Of a stretch of 64,000 nucleotides of DNA, positions 57,639 to 64,000 are shown piece after piece. Where the stretch lies: the NCBI GenBank assembly GCA_963692865.2, contig OY843592.1:640001-704000 (forward strand), written 5' to 3'. Position numbers and translations under genes: made by a program. This DNA comes from a bacterium. GTDB lineage: Bacteria > UBA8248. The notes under the pieces were generated by a model. That model saw only the letters and a program-made list of their open reading frames with translations, did no database searches and had not been told where the DNA came from. Each line of letters opens with the position of its first letter. The first letter of the stretch is position 1.

Positions 57639-58013
57639 TCAGATGAAGAGCTTGGTCTCCGCGCCCCTGGTTTTCCGCATGAACTCGGGCAGGCTGATTA
57701 CCTCGTCCACGACGTCCGCCACCTCCTCGGGCGCGAGTCCCAGGAGCTTGGGCTGTGCGGCGCAGGCGTATAGTTTCAGTTTCCCGAGCCTCCTCGCGGA
57801 CTCGATGAGTTCCTCCGCCGAATGCGCCCCGCGCGCGCCCTCCGCTGCGGGAAGCGCGGCATCGAGATCATCATCGACGAATCGCTTGAGCGCGCCGAAG
57901 AACAGGATGACATGCGCCTCGTCCCCGTTCGCGGCGGCGCTCGCCGCAAGCGCGGCTACCTGATGGATGCGCTCGGCGTCGCCGCTGTGGGCGTATATGA
58001 CGAACTGGGACAT
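57639..58013 (-). CDS. DsrE/DsrF-like family protein
   Basis: ASAAA.G.E, KLYAC, C-terminal LFI. Confidence 0.78.
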   Translation of the reverse strand: MSQFVIYAHSGDAERIHQVAALAASAAANGDEAHVILFFGALKRFVDDDLDAALPAAEGARGAHSAEELIESARRLGKLKLYACAAQPKLLGLAPEEVADVVDEVISLPEFMRKTRGAETKLFI

Positions 58014-58094
58014 GTGGGCCTTAATGGTTATGCGGGTGGAATTGGGGAGGGCTTACGCAATCCCCCTCCTCGTCCTGCGCAGCCCGCCGCTCCG

Positions 58095-58268
58095 CCTCAC
58101 CCTGAGTAGCGGCGAAGCCGCGTATCGAAGGGCGAAATTTACGCCCACCACAGAGATACGCTCCCCATCCTTCGATACGGCGCTTACGCGCCTACTCAGG
58201 ATGAGGAAAATTGGTTCTGTCGGGGAAGACCTGTGTGTCTTCCCCATCGCAATTTTTCAACAGCCCCC
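58095..58268. repeat. CTCACCCTGAGTAG..GTATCGAAGG inverted doublet plus REP
   Basis: The inverted pair spans 58095-58206. A near-identical doublet in the opposite orientation lies at 61227-61362. Confidence 0.88.
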
Positions 58269-58370
58269 TCAAGGAGGGAATGGTTTCATAGGCAACTTTT
58301 CTTACGATGCTCGAAGAATTTTTCAAATGCCCGAAACACCCGACCGCGGAAACCCGATTCCCCAACCGCA

Positions 58371-58640
58371 TCACTCGAAATCTTTCGGCTTTACGTTCTC
58401 GAAGTCATAGTCGGGCAGGTCCGATCGGGGCGGCGGGTCGACGCCCTCGTCCTGCATGTGGCGAGGCCTCGGCTGCGAGGCCAGAAGGTGGACGATCAAA
58501 CGATAGAGGCCGTAGATCAGGCCGAAGGCCGCGACGAACCAGAGCGCTCCCGTGAAGTCGCGTTGATAGAAGTAGTACGCGATGCCCAGCCAGAAAACGA
58601 ACCCGGCGAATATGCCCAGAGCCGATCGGTTGTTCTCCAT
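58371..58640 (-). CDS. Small two-TM membrane protein
   Basis: MENNRSALG.. with two hydrophobic helices and an acidic tail. Confidence 0.7.
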   Translation of the reverse strand: MENNRSALGIFAGFVFWLGIAYYFYQRDFTGALWFVAAFGLIYGLYRLIVHLLASQPRPRHMQDEGVDPPPRSDLPDYDFENVKPKDFE

Positions 58641-58678
58641 CGCCAGCCGCCTTCTTCGAACCGCCCGCAAGCGCGCGC

Positions 58679-59122
58679 TCAGTCCGTCTCGGAAGCGGGC
58701 GTCGCGGACGCACTCTCCCCGGTATCCGCCTCCGCCGTTCCGGGGTCTTCCTCCGCTTCCCCCGCGCTCGCCGCCGCGCCCGTTCCATCGCTCGCCATGT
58801 GGCAGGCGCCCTCGAACACGGCGCCCTCTTCGATGTAGATGCTCGGCGTGAAAATTTCGCCGATCACGTGGGCGCCGACCCTGATCTCGCATTTTTCCCT
58901 GGCCTCTATGCTGCCGTCCATCCGGCCCATCACAATCACGACGCCGGCCTTGACCTGGGCCTTCACCTTCGCCGCGTTCCCGACGATGAAGGTGTCGTCC
59001 GTGATGACCTCGCCCTCGAGGACGCCGTCCACGCGCACGGTGCCCTCGAAGGTGATGACGCCCTTGAACTCGGTGCCCTCCCCCAGGAAGGCGCGAATGC
59101 TCTTCTCGTAGTTTTTCGCCAT
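58679..59122 (-). CDS. Bactofilin (polymer-forming cytoskeletal protein)
   Basis: LGEGTEFKG.I.FEG..RVDG..EG and IEEGAVFEGACHM. Confidence 0.92.
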   Translation of the reverse strand: MAKNYEKSIRAFLGEGTEFKGVITFEGTVRVDGVLEGEVITDDTFIVGNAAKVKAQVKAGVVIVMGRMDGSIEAREKCEIRVGAHVIGEIFTPSIYIEEGAVFEGACHMASDGTGAAASAGEAEEDPGTAEADTGESASATPASETD

Positions 59123-59161
59123 CCATCGACCCTCGCCTGATTCCCGATAGAAAAACCGAAG

Positions 59162-60088
59162 CTAACTAAGCCGCTGGAGCAATCCCTCGAGCGTCTCCCT
59201 CGTATAATACTCTATTTCTATCTTTCCGCTCTCCCCGTCTCCTGAAATTGCGACTTTCGTACCCAGCGCGCTTCGGAGCCGCCCGGCCGCCTCGCGCAGA
59301 TAAATCGCCTGCGGCCCCGTCGGCCCGTTCGGGGGAGCGGACCGCGGGGAGGCTTCCCTCTTCCCGCTTCCGCCTTCGAGCGCGCGCCTCACGCGCGCTT
59401 CGAGCCCGCGCACGGAGAGCCTCTTCTGGGTGGCGGCCTCGGCGTGGCTCGCCATCTCCTCTTCCGTGCGCAGGGACAGGAGCGCCCTGGCGTGCCCCAT
59501 GGAGAGAAGGCCGGCGGCCACGCTCTCCTGAACCGAGGCGGGCAGATTGAGGAGGCGGACGTAGTTCGCGACCGTGGAGCGATCCTTCCCCACGCGCGCG
59601 GCGACTTCTTCCTGCGTGAGACCCAGGCGCTCCATCATGCCCGCGTATGCGGCCGCCTCCTCCATGGGGTTCAGGTCCGCGCGCTGCACGTTCTCGACGA
59701 TGGCGAGCTCCAAGGCCTCGTCTCCGCCCGCGTCGAGCAGGACGGCGGGAACCTCATCGACTTCCGCCAGCCGGGCGGCGCGCCATCGCCGCTCCCCGGC
59801 CACGATCTCATACCCCCCGCCCGCGGCGCGGCGCACCAGAAGGGGCTGGATCACCCCGTGGCGCCGAACGGATTCGGCGAGCTCGGCCAGGTCCTCCTCG
59901 TCGAAATCGACGCGCGGCTGGTGAACGCCCGGTGCGAGGCGGTCGGGAGAAAGCCGCAGCAGAATTCCCGCATCCTCGGCGGCGCCTCCAGGAGTATCCA
60001 GTACCGCTGGTGTGGGTTCTTGCGTTTCCTGGGAGGCCAGGAGCGCGTCCAGGCCGCGTCCGAGCACTTTTTTCCTCATGGTCGTCAT
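59162..60088 (-). CDS. parB: Chromosome partitioning protein ParB/Spo0J
   Basis: LGRGLDAL, QPR, IVAGERRWRA, ENVQRADLNP.EEA, HTH GKDRSTVAN. Confidence 0.97.
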   Translation of the reverse strand: MTTMRKKVLGRGLDALLASQETQEPTPAVLDTPGGAAEDAGILLRLSPDRLAPGVHQPRVDFDEEDLAELAESVRRHGVIQPLLVRRAAGGGYEIVAGERRWRAARLAEVDEVPAVLLDAGGDEALELAIVENVQRADLNPMEEAAAYAGMMERLGLTQEEVAARVGKDRSTVANYVRLLNLPASVQESVAAGLLSMGHARALLSLRTEEEMASHAEAATQKRLSVRGLEARVRRALEGGSGKREASPRSAPPNGPTGPQAIYLREAAGRLRSALGTKVAISGDGESGKIEIEYYTRETLEGLLQRLS

Positions 60089-60930
60089 GTCCGGTTTTTC
60101 ATCCTTTCCTTCGAGCGCACGATGAACTCGCCCGCCAGCGCGAGATACGCCTGCGCGCCCGGCGAGGAGATGTCGTACGTGATCACCGGCTTCCCGTGGC
60201 TGGGCGCCTCGGCGAGGCGCACGTTCCTGGGAATCACGGCCCGGTAGGTCAACTCCGGCAGGTGGGAGCGCAAATCCTCGTTCACCTGACGCGAAAGGTT
60301 CGTCCTCGAATCATACATCGTCAGCAGGATCCCGCCTATCCTCAAGCCCGGATGAACGCTCCCGCGTATCCGCTCCACCGTCTTCATCAGCCGCGCCAGA
60401 CCCTCGAGCGCGAAATACTCCGCCTGGATGGGGATGAGCACCTCGTCCGCCGCCCGCAGGCCGTTCAGCGTCAGAAAACCCAGTGAGGGCGGGCAGTCGA
60501 TGAGGATACAGCGGTACCGGCTTCTGAGCGGCTCTATGACGCCCAGCAAGCGGCTCTCCCTTTGCGGCAAATCGGCAATCTCCACCTCCGCGCCCGCCAG
60601 GTCGATGGAGGAGGGAAGGATGTCAAGCCCTTTAATATCAGTAGCATGCAATGATTCATCGCCTATCGGCTCGCCAAGCACGAGCGCCCGGTAGAGCGAA
60701 GAAGATGGCGAAAACAAACCGAAATTGCTCGTCGCGTTCGATTGCGGGTCCATGTCGACCAGCAGCGTCGGCTGGTCCGCCACCGCGAGGCAGGCCGCGA
60801 GGTTGACGGCCGTCGTCGTCTTGCCGACGCCGCCTTTCTGGTTCACGACGGCCACGACCGTGCAGGGGGCCTCGTTTGCTTCGGCCTCGGGAGCGCTCGG
60901 GTGGATCGTCGCTCCGGGTGTGGTTTCCAT
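60085..60930 (-). CDS. parA: Chromosome partitioning ATPase ParA/Soj
   Basis: NQKGGVGKTTT, DPQSNAT, DCPPSLG, QAEYFALEG, EAPSHG. Confidence 0.97.
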   Translation of the reverse strand: METTPGATIHPSAPEAEANEAPCTVVAVVNQKGGVGKTTTAVNLAACLAVADQPTLLVDMDPQSNATSNFGLFSPSSSLYRALVLGEPIGDESLHATDIKGLDILPSSIDLAGAEVEIADLPQRESRLLGVIEPLRSRYRCILIDCPPSLGFLTLNGLRAADEVLIPIQAEYFALEGLARLMKTVERIRGSVHPGLRIGGILLTMYDSRTNLSRQVNEDLRSHLPELTYRAVIPRNVRLAEAPSHGKPVITYDISSPGAQAYLALAGEFIVRSKERMKNRT

Positions 60931-61005
60931 ATTCTTGCTTCAAGGCGGATGAAAACGGGTGCGATGATCAAAGGTTCTCACACCGCCCCCGAAAATTCAA
61001 CCGGA

Positions 61006-61021
61006 TGTTTCACGTGGAACA
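61006..61021. promoter_or_regulatory. parS site 1
   Basis: TGTTTCACGTGGAACA matches the consensus TGTTNCACGTGAAACA palindrome and lies upstream of parA. Confidence 0.92.
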
Positions 61022-61049
61022 AAATTTCTCGATAATTCGGCTAGGGATA

Positions 61050-61065
61050 TGTTCCACGTGGAACG
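61050..61065. promoter_or_regulatory. parS site 2
   Basis: TGTTCCACGTGGAACG. Confidence 0.9.
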
Positions 61066-61098
61066 GTGGGGATTTTGACGATGAGACGGGTGTTATTT

Positions 61099-61657
61099 GG
61101 TAGGGACAGGTCGTGGCCTGTCCCTGCAGGCTTGTTTGGAAATACGCCAGATTGTAGGGGTTGCCGAAAAAGCCGACCCTGGGATCGAGCACGTATGATG
61201 CTCGTCTTGTATGGCCGCTGTATCAACCTCATCCTGAGTAGGCGCGCAAGCGCCGTATCGAAGGATGGGAGGCGCAAACGCTCATTCATCAATCACGTTT
61301 GACCCCGCAGGAGCGAACTTCGCCCTTCGATACGCCGCCTTCGGCGGCTACTCAGGGTGAAGCAGAGCGGTGCGTTGCTCAGGAGAAAGTAGGGGCGGTT
61401 CGCGAACCGCCCCTACGGGATTCCGCAACCCTTCTTTGAGCAGGCTCCGTAGGGACAGGCCCCCGTGCCTGTCCGAAGCTCTTGAAAAAGGACAACCACG
61501 GAGGGCAGGACAACCCAAAAGGGTTGTCCCTACAAACCCTGGCGGGAGGCGGCAGGGGCGGACCTGTGTGTCCGCCCGCTTTTCTTATTCACCCGTCCCA
61601 CAATCTGCAGATACGTTCCTCAAACAAACAGGGCGGACACACAGGTCCGCCCCTACG
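61099..61657. repeat. Composite REP cluster between mnmG and parS
   Basis: GTAGGGACAGG..CCTGTCCC, GTAGGGGCGGTTCGCGAACCGCCCCTAC, GGGCGGACACACAGGTCCGCCCCTAC and a CTCATCCTGAG doublet. Confidence 0.9.
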
Positions 61658-61698
61658 GGTAAAATATGGTTTTCGGAAGAAAACTCCCAAGGGTGGCA

Positions 61699-63618
61699 TC
61701 ACGAAACCGTCGAGGCGGCCCCCTCCCGCGCATTTCCGCCCTGTTTGCGGATGTAGACCTCCAGCACGGCGACGGCGGCGGGCGTCACGCCCGATATGCG
61801 GCTCGCCTGCCCGAGGGTCTTGGGGCGTATCTGCTCGAGCCGCTGGCGCACCTCCGCTGTCAGGTGGCTCACATCGGCGTAGGAGATGCTCTCGGGTATC
61901 CTCACCCTGTCGGCCATCCTCAGATGATGCACCTGCCGGTATTCCCTCTCGAAATACTCCTTGTACTTCACTTCCGCCATCACGTATCGGCGCGATTCTC
62001 CGTCCAGCGCCTCCCAAATCGCCCCGAAACGCCCCCCGCCGACGGAATCGACGCGGACAGCCAGCTCCGGCCCCGCTTCCGGGCGTCTCAGGATGTCTCC
62101 CAGCGTGGCGGGTTTCTTGAGCGGTTTCGAACCCGCCGCCTCCATGGCGTCTCGCACGTCGGGCCTGGGCGTCACGGAAGTGGTTTCGAGATAAGAGATG
62201 GCCTCTCCCGCTCCTTTCGCCTTCTTCTCAAAGGCGCGCCAGACAGCCTCATCCAGCGAACCGACCCTGTGGCCGAGCGCCATCAGCCTGAAATCCGCGT
62301 TGTCGTGGCGGAGCAGGAGCCTGTGCTCGGCCCGGCTGGTGAACATCCGGTAGGGCTCGGCCGTTCCCTTGGTGATGAGATCGTCAATCAGAACGCCGAT
62401 ATAGGCTTCTTCCCTGCTCAGGACGACGGGTTCCTCGCCGCGCACGTAGCGTGTGGCGTTGATCCCCGCCATGATCCCCTGGGCGGCGGCCTCCTCATAC
62501 CCCGTCGTCCCGTTGATCTGGCCGGCGTGGAAGAGCCCCGGCACCTTCTTCGTCATCAGGCTCGGCCCCAGCTCGGTCGGCTCCACGTGGTCGTACTCGA
62601 CGGCGTAGCCCGGGCGCATCATCTCGGCCCGCTCCAGGCCCTTGATTGTTCGGAGCATACGGATTTGCACGTCCACCGGCAGGCTGGTGGAAAGCCCGTT
62701 CACGTATATCTCGCAAGTCTCGCGCCCTTCGGGCTCCAGGAAAATCTGGTGCTCCCCCTTGCCCTCGAAGCGCATGATCTTGTCCTCGATGCTCGGGCAG
62801 TAGCGCACGCCGATGGCGTCTATCTGCCCGTTGTACATGGGCGCGCGCTCGATGTTTTGCCGGATGACCTCGTGCGTCGCCGGGTTCGTATAGGTGATCC
62901 AGCACGGCATCTGCTCTTGTTCGACCGCCTTGGTGCGGTATGAGAACGGGAGCGGCGGGTCGTCGCCGGGCTGTAAGTCAAGTATTTGAAAATCAATGGA
63001 TTTCGCGTCCACGCGCGGCGGCGTTCCCGTCTTCATGCGCCCGATGGCGAAGCCGAACGAGGCGAGTTGCTTCGTGAGCTCGTTCGCCGAACCCTCGCCC
63101 GCGCGCCCGCCCTCGACCTGCCTGTCGCCGTAGTGCAGAAGACCGCGCGTGAAGGTGCCCGGCGTCAGAACGACCGCCCCGGCCTCCCAGGTCTCTCCGA
63201 AATGATCCTGAAGCCCCGCCACGACGCCGTCCTTCACGAGGAGCCTCCGCACCATACCCTGCTTGAGGTCGAGTCCCGCCTGGCTTTCGACGGCGTTCTT
63301 CATATACGCGCGGTAGCGCTGCTTGTCCGCCTGGGCGCGCAGGGCCTGCACGGCGGGGCCTTTCTTCGTGTTGAGCATCCGGAACTGGATACCCGTGGCG
63401 TCGATGGCGCGCGCCATCTCGCCGCCCAGCGCGTCCACCTCGCGCACGAGGACGCCCTTCGCCAGCCCGCCGATGGCCGGATTGCACGACATGAGGCCCA
63501 CGGTGTCGAGGTTCATCGTGAGCATCATCGCGCGCGCGCCCATGCGCGCCGCGGCCAGGGCCGCCTCGCATCCGGCGTGTCCGCCGCCCACGACGATGAC
63601 GTCATACGGAATCTTCAA
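61699..63618 (-). CDS. mnmG: tRNA uridine 5-carboxymethylaminomethyl modification enzyme
   Basis: [49 protein letters not shown]. Confidence 0.98.
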   Translation of the reverse strand: MKIPYDVIVVGGGHAGCEAALAAARMGARAMMLTMNLDTVGLMSCNPAIGGLAKGVLVREVDALGGEMARAIDATGIQFRMLNTKKGPAVQALRAQADKQRYRAYMKNAVESQAGLDLKQGMVRRLLVKDGVVAGLQDHFGETWEAGAVVLTPGTFTRGLLHYGDRQVEGGRAGEGSANELTKQLASFGFAIGRMKTGTPPRVDAKSIDFQILDLQPGDDPPLPFSYRTKAVEQEQMPCWITYTNPATHEVIRQNIERAPMYNGQIDAIGVRYCPSIEDKIMRFEGKGEHQIFLEPEGRETCEIYVNGLSTSLPVDVQIRMLRTIKGLERAEMMRPGYAVEYDHVEPTELGPSLMTKKVPGLFHAGQINGTTGYEEAAAQGIMAGINATRYVRGEEPVVLSREEAYIGVLIDDLITKGTAEPYRMFTSRAEHRLLLRHDNADFRLMALGHRVGSLDEAVWRAFEKKAKGAGEAISYLETTSVTPRPDVRDAMEAAGSKPLKKPATLGDILRRPEAGPELAVRVDSVGGGRFGAIWEALDGESRRYVMAEVKYKEYFEREYRQVHHLRMADRVRIPESISYADVSHLTAEVRQRLEQIRPKTLGQASRISGVTPAAVAVLEVYIRKQGGNAREGAASTVS

Positions 63619-63708
63619 GCGAAAACCTCCCAGATATTCATATAATTACAAAAAACTCTCTGCTATATATCTAAATTTATCGTCTTTTGTGTCGTCATTA
63701 GATTATTT

Positions 63709-64000
63709 TCATTTCCCGATGCAGAACGTGGAGAAAATCCTGTCCAGTAGCGCCTCTCCGTAATCCCGGCCCAGGAGCTCGGACAGCGCGGTCTGCGCCT
63801 CGTTCAGGTGAACCGCCACCAACTCGGGGGACAGTTCGCCCTCCGCCCCCGCCCTTGCATTTCTCACGGCTCTTAAGCATTTCGCTATCTGGCCGCGGTG
63901 GCGCTCGCGGGTGAGCATGGACTCCGCGCCCGAGAGGCCATCTTCATCCATCAAAACACGCGCCACCTCTTCGCGCAACTCAGGGATTCCCTCGCCCGTC
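63709..64000 (-). CDS. mnmE: tRNA modification GTPase, C-terminal part
   Basis: Ends in LLDRIFSTFCIGK and lies upstream of mnmG. Confidence 0.95.
   Translation of the reverse strand, partial: TGEGIPELREEVARVLMDEDGLSGAESMLTRERHRGQIAKCLRAVRNARAGAEGELSPELVAVHLNEAQTALSELLGRDYGEALLDRIFSTFCIGK

Overview
This window is a bacterial chromosomal segment near the replication origin. It contains mnmE-mnmG-parS-parA-parB-bactofilin at the right end and an isolated dnaN at about 15 kb. No rRNA, tRNA, CRISPR array, transposase or integrase was seen. The main observations are as follows. (1) Two genes are split by an in-frame TGA that sits at a catalytic Cys position and is followed by a SECIS-like hairpin, so both are selenoproteins hidden in the ORF track: a UGSC-family protein (UGSCTLC) and an O6-alkylguanine alkyltransferase (PUHRV). 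(2) These genes lie beside four tandem paralogues of an uncharacterised 'DGLP..PT' protein, an orphan molybdenum hydroxylase subunit, two crotonases, an atypical acyl-CoA dehydrogenase and a thiol dioxygenase. Together they form a candidate selenium-dependent organosulfur or redox system. (3) A sterol-modification-like cluster lies at the left end: a P450, an outer-membrane barrel, a Rieske oxygenase/desaturase and an ERG6-like C24 sterol methyltransferase. (4) The flanks are very GC-rich and packed with nested REP/MITE-like palindromes. The 40-45 kb interior is markedly lower in GC and has none of these repeats, although it carries core genes, and it is bracketed by a 33/36-bp inverted repeat with helically phased GATAAAT motifs. 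(5) A PTPS-II plus SDR pair suggests tetrahydrobiopterin synthesis. All calls come from motif recognition by eye; no database search was run.
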